Source of the DNA: Rubripirellula sp.
Lineage (GTDB): Bacteria > Planctomycetota > Planctomycetia > Pirellulales > Pirellulaceae
Assembly (NCBI GenBank): GCA_965216875.1
Contig: OZ244207.1
Span: forward strand, 1,472,001 to 1,536,000
Direction: 5' to 3'
DNA length: 64,000 nucleotides
Positions within the stretch are counted from its first letter, which is position 1, and each line of letters starts with the position of its first letter. The position numbers were made by a program, and so were the translations under genes. Positions 18,149-27,082 of this stretch are shown here, piece after piece. A model generated the notes under the pieces. The model was not told the DNA's origin. It did no database searches and worked only from the letters and a program-made list of their open reading frames with translations.

Positions 18149-18164
18149 TTGTCAACTGTGACAA
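18149..18164. promoter_or_regulatory. Putative TetR operator TTGTCA-N4-TGACAA
   Basis: Perfect 6-bp-arm palindrome in the 89-bp gap between the TetR gene and its divergent neighbour. Weaker copy at 18113-18128. Confidence 0.6.
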
Positions 18165-18183
18165 ACAACTTTTCCGGGGATTC

Positions 18184-18774
18184 ATGATGGGACGCCCTGA
18201 TCTTACTCAGATTCGCAAGGCTGAAATCCTTGATGCGTTCGAGGTTTGCGTTGCACGTTTCGGACTCGACGGCAGCTCGGCCGAACGCATTGCCGAGCAA
18301 GCGGGGATGAAACGAAGCATCCTCAGGCATTACATCGGTAATCGCGATGACCTCGTCATCGCGCTGGCCGAACGCGTTGTTGGCAAGTATCAACAGGAGC
18401 TCGACAAGCTGATTGAAGGACTTTGCCCGGAGCATCGCGTCGGCGGTTTGATCGAGTTTTTCTTTCCCGCAAAGTCTTCCGGTAGCACCGCAGACGTGCT
18501 GGTGCTCGAAGCGTTGATCGCGGCGAGCGAAACCTACCCCGAGGTGCGCGAGCTGGTGTATGGGTATATCGATGGACTGGTGCAGGCGGTGGCGAAGCAA
18601 CTTTCGCTTGCCTTCCCGAAAGCAAAGAAGACGGAATGTTGGAGCGTTGCGTACGGGGTGATCTCGATTTGCTTCAATCAGGAGTCACTCACACCGATGG
18701 GGCTGCCACCGAAATACCTCAAAGCAGCCAGGTCAACGGCACAGGTTCTCGTCGACTCGCTGGACCGTGAATGA
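18184..18774 (+). CDS. TetR/AcrR family transcriptional regulator
   Basis: N-terminal HTH: RKAEILDAF...FGLDGSSAERIAEQAGMKRSILRHYIGNRDDL. Confidence 0.9.
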   Translation: MMGRPDLTQIRKAEILDAFEVCVARFGLDGSSAERIAEQAGMKRSILRHYIGNRDDLVIALAERVVGKYQQELDKLIEGLCPEHRVGGLIEFFFPAKSSGSTADVLVLEALIAASETYPEVRELVYGYIDGLVQAVAKQLSLAFPKAKKTECWSVAYGVISICFNQESLTPMGLPPKYLKAARSTAQVLVDSLDRE

Positions 18775-18796
18775 TCGGCCAAAGCACGATCGGCTG

Positions 18797-19690
18797 TTAA
18801 AGGATCGTCGCCATGCCGTCGCCAACTCGAGCGTAGAGTTCGACTTGCTTGGCCGAGTTTTCGACTAGGTCATTGTCGAATCGAACGCGGCCCGGTTCAA
18901 AAAGAGTGATCGTTGATGATCCACCAAATCGGAAATAGCCTTTCTCGGATCCTTTGTCGACGGTGGTACCAGCTTCATAGGTTTGGCAGATGCCACCAAC
19001 ACAAGTCGCACCAATCTCGAGCAGCAGCACACGTCCCACATTCTCAGTTTCAAGGATCGAAACGGTGCGTTTGTTCTTGGCGAGAATGTGAATGTCTTGG
19101 CAGAGCGCGATTGGATTGACCGAGTAGAGCGGGCCATTGATCAGCCGTGTGGGGCCCGCTTGTCCCTTGGCTGGGAAGTGAAAGCGGTGATAGTCGACGG
19201 GGCAGAGACGCGAGAGCAGGAGCGATCCGTTGGCATAGCGCCGCGAGAGCTCGGTGTCGCCAAGCAGCGTTTCGAGATCGAACATTTCGCCTTTGACGAA
19301 CAGCCCCTCGGTCTGTGAAAGATCGGGGATACAAAGGTGGCGACCGTCAGCAGGAAAGACAACGCGGTCCGAAGCTTGTTCAACTGGACGAGCTTCTGGC
19401 TTGAGTTTGCGGAAAAAGAACTCGTTGAACGTTTGAAACTCCGACGCGTCGTTGGCGAATTCACCGGAGTCGAGTTGGTATTGATCGATGAATGGCAAGA
19501 TCTTTTCACGCGACGCCGGCTGATCCATTCTCCATCCGTACCAGCGCGAAAACCATAGTCGCTTGACGAGAGTTTCGAGCGTTAGCTTGCCTGTCGTTGT
19601 GGTGTAGATCCAGCGGAGGTAGGCGTCGCCATAAACTTGCTCGACACAAGTTTTTTGTTGGTAACGGTCAAAGTACTCGATGGGTTGCAC
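18797..19690 (-). CDS. psd: Phosphatidylserine decarboxylase
   Basis: FNEFFFRKLKP, FPADG, RLCPVDYHRFHFP, GATCVG and the self-cleavage motif YFRFGGSST. Confidence 0.9.
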   Translation of the reverse strand: MQPIEYFDRYQQKTCVEQVYGDAYLRWIYTTTTGKLTLETLVKRLWFSRWYGWRMDQPASREKILPFIDQYQLDSGEFANDASEFQTFNEFFFRKLKPEARPVEQASDRVVFPADGRHLCIPDLSQTEGLFVKGEMFDLETLLGDTELSRRYANGSLLLSRLCPVDYHRFHFPAKGQAGPTRLINGPLYSVNPIALCQDIHILAKNKRTVSILETENVGRVLLLEIGATCVGGICQTYEAGTTVDKGSEKGYFRFGGSSTITLFEPGRVRFDNDLVENSAKQVELYARVGDGMATIL

Positions 19691-19803
19691 GTCGCGGCAA
19701 TGCTACTCGGGTGGGAAGGCGTGTCGGCAAAGCCTAGCAAGGTCGAGGGCCTTCGCGAAGCGGGCTGAAGGTGTCGGTGCTTGTCGTGCTGCAAGAGATG
19801 CAA

Positions 19804-21477
19804 TTAGGAACCCAGCAGAGGGCCAAGGACGTTGGCCAAGAGTTTGATTTGCGTCTCGCTTAGCGCGGTGTCAAACAATGCCAGTTCGTCGATTCGGCCA
19901 TGCCAGTAACCGGGGTTTGTCAGATTGGGCGCTGTGCCTTCGGCGTTCAATTTCGCGCCGATTCCCATGGTGGATGGGCCATCGATCGCCAAGCCATTGC
20001 AAACCGCAGCATCGACGAGCATGCCGTTTCGATACATGCGAACTTTGGATCCGTCCACGACGAACGCAACATGATGCCAGCGGCCAATCGGCAGCGGAAC
20101 GTTCTCTCGCAGCTTCACGATCCGTCCTTCGGTGTCGCGAACTTGCAACTCAAGATCGCCGCTATCTTCGTGAAGGCCAAAGTGAAATTGCCCACCGGCG
20201 CCTGAGTAGGAGGTGCGATCCTCGGTGAATTCAAGCGACCAGTGTTTGGCGATCGCTGCCCAGCGTGGGCGGCTATCGGCACGCACCCAGACGCAAAGGG
20301 TCATCGCGCCGCCTTCAAAAGGCCTGTAGTTAGAGACGTGTGCATAGGATCCCGAACTTGGGCCTCCCAGGTGCAGGCTGCTGCCAACACGACCCGCCTT
20401 GAACGAAGAATGGTCTTTCTTGCCAGCGAACAGTGTGGCGTCGTTGCGGTTGGAGCCTCGGTCGGCAAGCGTGATCCCGTCGACAGCCGGTGGCATTCGG
20501 AACCACATCCGCGGCTGCAGTGATGCGAGGAGTTTGGCGTAACCAGCTTGCTCTCCAATCGGCTCGCTCAATTGTCGCACAAACCGCGCGTGGTCGATGT
20601 CGATTCCTTCGGGGATGCCGCTTTCGCCGCGAATTCGAGTCGCCTGGTTAGCCGTGAGTCTCAGGTCGTCTGATTCAGCACGAGCGAACTTGGGACGCAC
20701 CGTCACTTCGCCATCGAACACGTGAACTTCGCTTCCCACTTCTTGCGAGACATCGATGCAGAATTCGGTGCCGTGATCCACCAAACGCGCCGAAGGAGTT
20801 TCAACTGCGAACCCTCTGCCTTCGGGAGCAACCCGCGCGGACAACTTGCCCTGATGGACAACGACCAGCATGGGCGAATCGATTTCGAATTCCGCCGGAG
20901 ACTCAACGACCATTCGGACGCCGCTTTGCAGATTCAGTTCAGCAAATCCGGATTTGAGACGGTAGTACCCTGTTCGCAATTGGTCCGTTTCGCCCAAAGG
21001 TGGTTTGAGTCCCTCGGCACCGAGAGACGCCCCGCGAAGATGCGAGACCGTTCCGACGACGTCGCGGTCCTGCCATGCGACGTTGCTGCTTTTGGTTGAG
21101 GGGGAGCTGCCTTTTTGCAACGCGAACTCTCGCTGTGTCTGACGATCGTTCATTGCTGCAAGCGTCATCCAGCAGACGGTCACCACCAACAGCAGGGAGG
21201 CTGCCAGTGCGACAAGCCGCCAGCGGCGAATGATGAGCAGCAAGTCACGAGGGTCACGTTGTGTTTCGGCGGGGAACTCTTCGAATGACATCGCATCAAT
21301 TGCACCATGCTCCCACGCCAACATGGCGTGCATCTGGCACATCTCGATGAAGAACGCTTGTGCTTCGTCATCATTGCGGATCAACTCAGCGACCCGTTGC
21401 TTTTGATCAAGGGGCGACTGTGCATCGATTCCGGCATCAAAAAGTTCGATTATCTCCCTGCGTGTTGCCTCGGTCAT
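19804..21477 (-). CDS. FecR-type anti-sigma factor with C-terminal LamG-like jellyroll
   Basis: TM helix, FecR motif GFAVETPSARLVDHGTEF...VHVFDGEV, LamG motifs WHHVAFV and GRIDELALFDTALS. Confidence 0.85.
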   Translation of the reverse strand: MTEATRREIIELFDAGIDAQSPLDQKQRVAELIRNDDEAQAFFIEMCQMHAMLAWEHGAIDAMSFEEFPAETQRDPRDLLLIIRRWRLVALAASLLLVVTVCWMTLAAMNDRQTQREFALQKGSSPSTKSSNVAWQDRDVVGTVSHLRGASLGAEGLKPPLGETDQLRTGYYRLKSGFAELNLQSGVRMVVESPAEFEIDSPMLVVVHQGKLSARVAPEGRGFAVETPSARLVDHGTEFCIDVSQEVGSEVHVFDGEVTVRPKFARAESDDLRLTANQATRIRGESGIPEGIDIDHARFVRQLSEPIGEQAGYAKLLASLQPRMWFRMPPAVDGITLADRGSNRNDATLFAGKKDHSSFKAGRVGSSLHLGGPSSGSYAHVSNYRPFEGGAMTLCVWVRADSRPRWAAIAKHWSLEFTEDRTSYSGAGGQFHFGLHEDSGDLELQVRDTEGRIVKLRENVPLPIGRWHHVAFVVDGSKVRMYRNGMLVDAAVCNGLAIDGPSTMGIGAKLNAEGTAPNLTNPGYWHGRIDELALFDTALSETQIKLLANVLGPLLGS

Positions 21478-21989
21478 GTCGCTGCCTCCTTGGGCATGTC
21501 CGAATGCACGCAGCGATGTAACGCATTGCGCGCACGATACAGAAGCTGTTTGACGGCGTTCGATTTTAGGTTCATGTCCGCTGCGATCGCGTCGAGATTG
21601 GCTCCAGCGTCATAACGTCGTTGGACGCATTCGCGTTGTCGCTGACTGAGCTTGTCGAGGCACTTGCGAAGCTGGCGCTGTTTGGATTCGAACGCCGCGT
21701 CGCTTTCAGATGCCGCCGATGCGATGCTTCCAAGCAAGGTGTCATCAAAAACCAACCGATCGCGCTGTTGCTTTTTGCGATGAGCGAGAACTTGGAAATA
21801 GGCAATACGAAAAGACCAGGCAACAAAATTGGTGCCGATTTCGAACTCGGAAGATTTTTCCCAGAGGACTGCGTTGGTCTGCTGCAAAATATCGTCAGCC
21901 TGGTCCGCATCAAAGACGAGCGAATAGATGTAGGCGTAGATCCGGCTCTGGCTTCCGGTCAGCAATTGAATGAACTCTGGGGTCGACAT
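21474..21989 (-). CDS. ECF sigma-70 factor (Rhodopirellula/Verrucomicrobia type)
   Basis: ADDILQQTNAVLWEK...GTNFVAWSFRIAYFQV and region 4 NAVKQLLYRARNALHRCV. Overlaps the anti-sigma start. Confidence 0.9.
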   Translation of the reverse strand: MSTPEFIQLLTGSQSRIYAYIYSLVFDADQADDILQQTNAVLWEKSSEFEIGTNFVAWSFRIAYFQVLAHRKKQQRDRLVFDDTLLGSIASAASESDAAFESKQRQLRKCLDKLSQRQRECVQRRYDAGANLDAIAADMNLKSNAVKQLLYRARNALHRCVHSDMPKEAAT

Positions 21990-22109
21990 TCCCGAAACTC
22001 TGTGTGATTTGGTTTCGTCCGTAATTCCGCCGTCCACACTAGCAGCAGAAAGCAAATAGCCCACCCCTCACGTTGGTTACGCTTGTTGTTGGGCCGGTAT
22101 TCCGCTCGC

Positions 22110-22254
22110 CGTAGCTACGCTCGCCAGAGCGTGGGGTAGTGGCGGGTGGTCTGCGGGCGCGTCCACCTTCTGGCGAAGGTAGCTACGGCTCGTTCGTCGT
22201 ACCGAGCTTTGGTCGGAATCCTCGGCTCTTCCGCCTGAAGGCGGGACTACAAAC
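22110..22254. repeat. Two adjacent REP elements (GTAGCTAC and GTAGTCCCGCC families)
   Basis: 22110-22187 matches the 11831 unit inverted. 22192-22254 matches 31753-31815 inverted. Confidence 0.8.
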
Positions 22255-22364
22255 GGTGATCACCCGATTGGCTTTTCCAAAAAAACGATCTTCCCCCGTA
22301 ACCGCGGCGATTCACCTGCTATTTGCAAACACTCCCGCTCACCAACGCCCAGCTCTTCTCCTCC

Positions 22365-23882
22365 ATGCAAGCGTTCCTCACCCGCTTTGTGCCGCTGTTT
22401 TCCGTCGCACGTTACAGTTGCCTGATCGCGATTCTGATTTCGCTGACCGCGATTGCGGATTCAGCCCAGCGTCCGAACGTTCTGCTGATTGTGTGCGATG
22501 ACCTGAACACGCACGTGTCGACCTCGGGCTACGACCAAATTCAGACGCCTGCCTTTGATCGATTGGCTGCCGAAGGGGTTACGTTTGAGCGCGCGTATTG
22601 TCAGTATCCGGTTTGCGGTCCGTCGCGGGCGTCCTTCCTGCACGGGCTCTATCCCGAGTCGACCGGTGTGTTGGACAACAAGGCGGACATTCGCCAGACG
22701 CGGCCCGGTACCGTTTCGATGCCACAGTATTTCAAGCAGCACGGCTATTGGACGGCGAGTGTCGGCAAGGTCTTTCATTCACCGCGTCACGAGCATGGTG
22801 AAGTTGCCTGGCATGAGCACGAGCGTTTCGAGAACGATGAGCTTCCGATCGTCGCAGTGGCCAAGCGAGCGTTCGAAGCGCAACGGGGTTCGATCGACTT
22901 GCCGAAGAATCGTCGCCTTTGGCGTGACGCGCGAAAAGCGGCGATCGCACCCTTGAATGCGCAGACTCCGCCGGGACATGGTCCCAGTGGACTCAGTGAT
23001 CACCAACATCGTGATGGCAAGAACGTTCGCCAAGTGGTCGATTGGCTGAAGCAGGGAAGACCAGGTGACAAGCCGTTCTTTATCGCGCTCGGAATCCAAA
23101 AGCCGCACGTCCCATTTCTGGCTCCCCAAAAGTATTTCGATCTCTATCCTGCTGAGAAGATCGAGTTCTTTCGCGATCGTCCCAACCTGTGGGATTCGAT
23201 CCCGCGCGATGCAATCAACGGTCGCTACCGTGAGTTCGGATTTGAGCTTGGTGTGGAAAACGAATCGCGTCGGCGCGAGTTCATGCAGGCTTACCATGCT
23301 TGCGTCTCGTTCATCGATGCACAGATCTCAATCGTGCTCGAACATTTGAAGGTTGCGGGGCTGGATGACAACACGATCGTCGTCCTCACTTCCGACCACG
23401 GCTATCACTTGGGCGACCATTTCCTTTGGGGCAAGGTGACGCTCTTCGACATCGGAGCCAAAGTGCCGCTGGTGATCCGCGTTCCGGATAGCAGCGCTCG
23501 TGGACAACGCTGCGAAGCGATGGCCGAATTGGTTGACCTCTTTCCAACCCTCACGGATCTGGCTGGATTACCTGCGCCCGAACACTTGCAGGGTGTTTCG
23601 CTGGCACCCTTGCTGGACGATCCTGCGGCAGAACACGAGAAATCGGACGCCTACAGTGTCGTGACTTGGCGTGGGCAACTTGGTTACGCGATTCGAAATC
23701 AGAATTGGCGTTATGCCAAATGGCCCGGGGGCGAAGAGCTTTATGACCTCCGCCGCGACCCAAGTGAGCGTCATAACCTCGCCGCCAACCCAAAACATGT
23801 TGATCACCTCGAGCGTTTTCGCGCTACGCTAGAACTTCGGCAATCACAAGCGCGCGCCCATTCCCCGACCCCTCATGATTGA
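22365..23882 (+). CDS. Sulfatase (iduronate-2-sulfatase-like)
   Basis: PNVLLIVCDD, CGPSR formylglycine motif, GKVFH, KPHVP, TSDHG. Confidence 0.92.
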   Translation: MQAFLTRFVPLFSVARYSCLIAILISLTAIADSAQRPNVLLIVCDDLNTHVSTSGYDQIQTPAFDRLAAEGVTFERAYCQYPVCGPSRASFLHGLYPESTGVLDNKADIRQTRPGTVSMPQYFKQHGYWTASVGKVFHSPRHEHGEVAWHEHERFENDELPIVAVAKRAFEAQRGSIDLPKNRRLWRDARKAAIAPLNAQTPPGHGPSGLSDHQHRDGKNVRQVVDWLKQGRPGDKPFFIALGIQKPHVPFLAPQKYFDLYPAEKIEFFRDRPNLWDSIPRDAINGRYREFGFELGVENESRRREFMQAYHACVSFIDAQISIVLEHLKVAGLDDNTIVVLTSDHGYHLGDHFLWGKVTLFDIGAKVPLVIRVPDSSARGQRCEAMAELVDLFPTLTDLAGLPAPEHLQGVSLAPLLDDPAAEHEKSDAYSVVTWRGQLGYAIRNQNWRYAKWPGGEELYDLRRDPSERHNLAANPKHVDHLERFRATLELRQSQARAHSPTPHD

Positions 23883-25197
23883 ACGGATGAGAATGCCAAA
23901 CTCGTGCCAAGCATCCACCACAGCACTGTTTTTGGCATTCTTATCACTTTGGTGCCACCATGATGCCAGCAGCCAATCGCTCGATAAGGTCGATTGCACG
24001 ACGCTGCGGGGCAAAGTCATGTGTGGCTACCAAGGCTGGTTCAATTGTGAGGGGGACGGGATGGCTCGAGGCTGGACGCATTGGGCTCGACGTCGAAGCC
24101 AGCCCTTTGGCCCAGGCAATGTAACGGTCGACCTTTGGCCCGATCTTTCCGAGTTCGATGATGATGAAAAGTTTCCGACGCTATTCCGTCACGCCGATGG
24201 CAGCGTCGCAAACGTCTTCAGTAGCGCCAAACGCAAAACGGTGATGCGTCACTTTCAGTGGATGCAGCAGTACGGTATCGACGGTGCGATGGTGCAACGC
24301 TTTACCAATCGCATTCACCATGCCGATGACCAGGCGCAAAAGAACCGCGTGCTGCGCCACTGCCAGGCCGCAGCGGAAAAGTATGGACGCGCTTTTGCCG
24401 TGATGTATGACCTGTCGGGCATGAAACGTGGTTCAATCGATCGCGTGATTAACGACTGGGACGAATTGCATCGCAAGTGGCGCATCACGCGAAGCCGCTC
24501 GTACCTCCACCACGAAAGGCGACCTTTGGTCGCGGTTTGGGGAATCGGTTTCAAGGAGCGGCATGACCAACAGGGCAGCTACAGCCTTGCGGAATGCGAG
24601 AAGCTTGTCGACGCTTTGAAGGCTTCCAATTGCAGCGTGATGGTTGGCATTCCCACTTTCTGGCGTGAACAAACACGTGACAGCGTCGACGATCAAACCT
24701 TCCATCGCATCCTCGAAAAGTGTGACGTCATCAGCCCCTGGACGGTGGGACGCTACCGCAACGAGCAGCAAGTCAGGCGTCATGCCACCGAAGTGATGGA
24801 GCCTGATTTGGCGTGGGCGCGACAACATCGAATTGACTATCTGCCCGTGGTGTTTCCCGGTTTCAGTTGGCATAACCTTTCTGAAGGTCGCGATCCACTC
24901 GGGCAAATTCCGCGTGACGGGGGTCAGTTCTTGTGGTCGCAATTTGTTGCAGCCAAACGATCAGGGGCGGGGATGGTTTACGTCGCGATGTTTGACGAAG
25001 TTGACGAGGCGACGGCGATTTTCAAATGCACCAATTCGCCCCCGGTCGGCGAGAACGTCCAATTCCTGACCTACGACGGTCTGCCCAGCGATCACTACCT
25101 TCGAATCACCGGAAAAGCCGGCCAGCTCTTTCGCGATGAAATTCCGCCGACCGACACGTTGCCGCTAAAAACAGCCGGTTCAAATTCAGCTGAGTGA
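23875..25197 (+). CDS. Glycoside hydrolase, GH71/GH99-like
   Basis: MCGYQGWF, YGIDG, VMYDLSG, PGFSW and YVAMFDEVDE motifs. Signal peptide. Confidence 0.75.
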   Translation: MIERMRMPNSCQASTTALFLAFLSLWCHHDASSQSLDKVDCTTLRGKVMCGYQGWFNCEGDGMARGWTHWARRRSQPFGPGNVTVDLWPDLSEFDDDEKFPTLFRHADGSVANVFSSAKRKTVMRHFQWMQQYGIDGAMVQRFTNRIHHADDQAQKNRVLRHCQAAAEKYGRAFAVMYDLSGMKRGSIDRVINDWDELHRKWRITRSRSYLHHERRPLVAVWGIGFKERHDQQGSYSLAECEKLVDALKASNCSVMVGIPTFWREQTRDSVDDQTFHRILEKCDVISPWTVGRYRNEQQVRRHATEVMEPDLAWARQHRIDYLPVVFPGFSWHNLSEGRDPLGQIPRDGGQFLWSQFVAAKRSGAGMVYVAMFDEVDEATAIFKCTNSPPVGENVQFLTYDGLPSDHYLRITGKAGQLFRDEIPPTDTLPLKTAGSNSAE

Positions 25198-25305
25198 TCG
25201 CAATGATTGGTATGACGCTGCGATTTCCCCTACAAAGGAGTCGCGTGTGGGGAGAGCGTCCATCCTCCTCAATGATTCCGTTCTTGTTTGCTCTTGGAAA
25301 TCGTT

Positions 25306-25944
25306 ATGCTCTCATTCTTGTCCCGCCCGCTGTTGCTGATCGCGCCGCTATGGTTGGTTACTTCAACGGCAATTTGTGAAGAGCTCGCGCTCAACGATGA
25401 ACTTCGTAAAGAGATTTCGCCGTTGGTTTCAGATTTTCACGCGATCTATGCTGGCGAAAAGCACCGTGATATCGACGAACTGATTGCCGAAGACGCACTT
25501 TTTGAAGAAGCCGATTCTCCGCTCCGCGAGTACTTGCAGCGTGTTGAAAATGGGAGAAAGAAGCACCCCTTCGACGATGTGCTCAATGGCGACAAGGCAA
25601 AGGAATTGACGCCCGAGGTCCGAGCCTTGCTTGAAAAGGCGCGGCGTGAGCAGATGGCGAAAAAGAAGCAACCGGCGGCTTCGGAAGGGAAACTGTACTG
25701 GGGTCGGGTTGCGGAGTCGCAACTGCTCCGGCCGCTTCGCGTGTACCCGCGATTGAAACCTGAAGACGCAATCATCGTGACGCGAGAACTCGACCGAAAG
25801 CCGGGAAAGATGAAGGCCCTCGGCTGTGTCCTGCAGCGATTCGACGGCGTTTGGAAGATCGTTTTTGTGCTTGAAGGTTGGGGGCCTGAGGAACAGATCA
25901 TCGACAAGTCGGTTCCGTTCGAGCTGCACAGCGGCAAAGGGTGA
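25306..25944 (+). CDS. Secreted hypothetical protein
   Basis: Signal-peptide-like N-terminus and plausible composition. No family recognised. Confidence 0.55.
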   Translation: MLSFLSRPLLLIAPLWLVTSTAICEELALNDELRKEISPLVSDFHAIYAGEKHRDIDELIAEDALFEEADSPLREYLQRVENGRKKHPFDDVLNGDKAKELTPEVRALLEKARREQMAKKKQPAASEGKLYWGRVAESQLLRPLRVYPRLKPEDAIIVTRELDRKPGKMKALGCVLQRFDGVWKIVFVLEGWGPEEQIIDKSVPFELHSGKG

Positions 25945-26141
25945 TCTTCGCTCGGCAGGTTGAAGATTTGTAGCCCACGGTGTGGCATCTGCGCCGACCA
26001 GCTCAAACGCCATCACCCGAACAATCCGATCCGGGATTCCCTGATTCCCCCTCGGATAACTTCGTCTGGCCCCTAATGCGAACCCCCAGGTGACGCATGT
26101 TTGTTCGTGGCATTGTCCATTGAATTAACGTGAGGGGCACT

Positions 26142-27077
26142 ATGGAAGACGAAGATCAACTCGACGTCGAAGCCACTGGCGAAGCGATCGAAACGGCCGT
26201 CGATCCGCTCGATCAGTGTGCCGAAGCGATGAACGTCATCGCGGGCGACATTACCGAGATGCAGCAGTCGACAGAAGAGGCTGCGCTCAAGATCGGCGGG
26301 TTGCTGAATGAAATCGTTCGCCTTGCTACCGAAGGCAATCGCGAGGCTCAAGAGGCGCTGGCCTCGGCAACGGGCATCAGCGATGATTCGTCGAGTTCCG
26401 TGGCAATCAATGATTTGGTTCATCGCCAGTTGGAAACAATGTCGTCCTTTATGGAACAGACAAGCGAGTTCTTTGCCAAGCATCGCAAGTTGGCAGATCG
26501 CGCGACCGAAGCCTGTCAGACCATTGAGTCGTGCGCCAACAACGTCGCCGAGTTGACCAAGACGAGTCAGGTGCTGGCCATCAACCTGCGACTCGAAGCG
26601 ATGAAGCTTGGCGAAGAGGGGCGTGGGTTCAACGTCCTTGGCGAGAACGTTCAAGAGTTTGCTGATTGCGTTGGCACCGCCGCCGAGCAGATCGAACAGA
26701 TTGTTGCTCCGTTCTCAGTTGCATTGCCTTCGATGAACAGGGAAGCAACGGAAATCGGCGAACACATGAGCTCGCTAACGAACCGCTTTTCGTCGGAGAT
26801 GGATCGGATCGAACGAAAGAGCAACCACCTCGCCCACTCGATGGAAGTTGTGCGGGAACACATCGAATCAGCAAATAGCGAAATCCTGGACTACTCCAAT
26901 CGAACGCTTTCGCATTTGAGCTTTCAGGATCCGATGAGTCAGGGACTGAAAAAGGTTGAGCACGAGATCGAGCAATTGCACAACCTACTCAAAGGTGAAC
27001 CAGCCGTTTTTTGGTCCGAACAGCATAGTGACGAAGAAGAGACCGACGTCGCGGCGGGTGAAGTCGATCTCTTTTAG
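26142..27077 (+). CDS. Soluble methyl-accepting chemotaxis-like protein
   Basis: MCP hairpin tip SQVLAINLRLEAMKLGEEGRGFNVLG. No TM segments. Ends LSFQDPMSQ...GEVDLF. Confidence 0.75.
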   Translation: MEDEDQLDVEATGEAIETAVDPLDQCAEAMNVIAGDITEMQQSTEEAALKIGGLLNEIVRLATEGNREAQEALASATGISDDSSSSVAINDLVHRQLETMSSFMEQTSEFFAKHRKLADRATEACQTIESCANNVAELTKTSQVLAINLRLEAMKLGEEGRGFNVLGENVQEFADCVGTAAEQIEQIVAPFSVALPSMNREATEIGEHMSSLTNRFSSEMDRIERKSNHLAHSMEVVREHIESANSEILDYSNRTLSHLSFQDPMSQGLKKVEHEIEQLHNLLKGEPAVFWSEQHSDEEETDVAAGEVDLF

Positions 27078-27082
27078 CGGAA

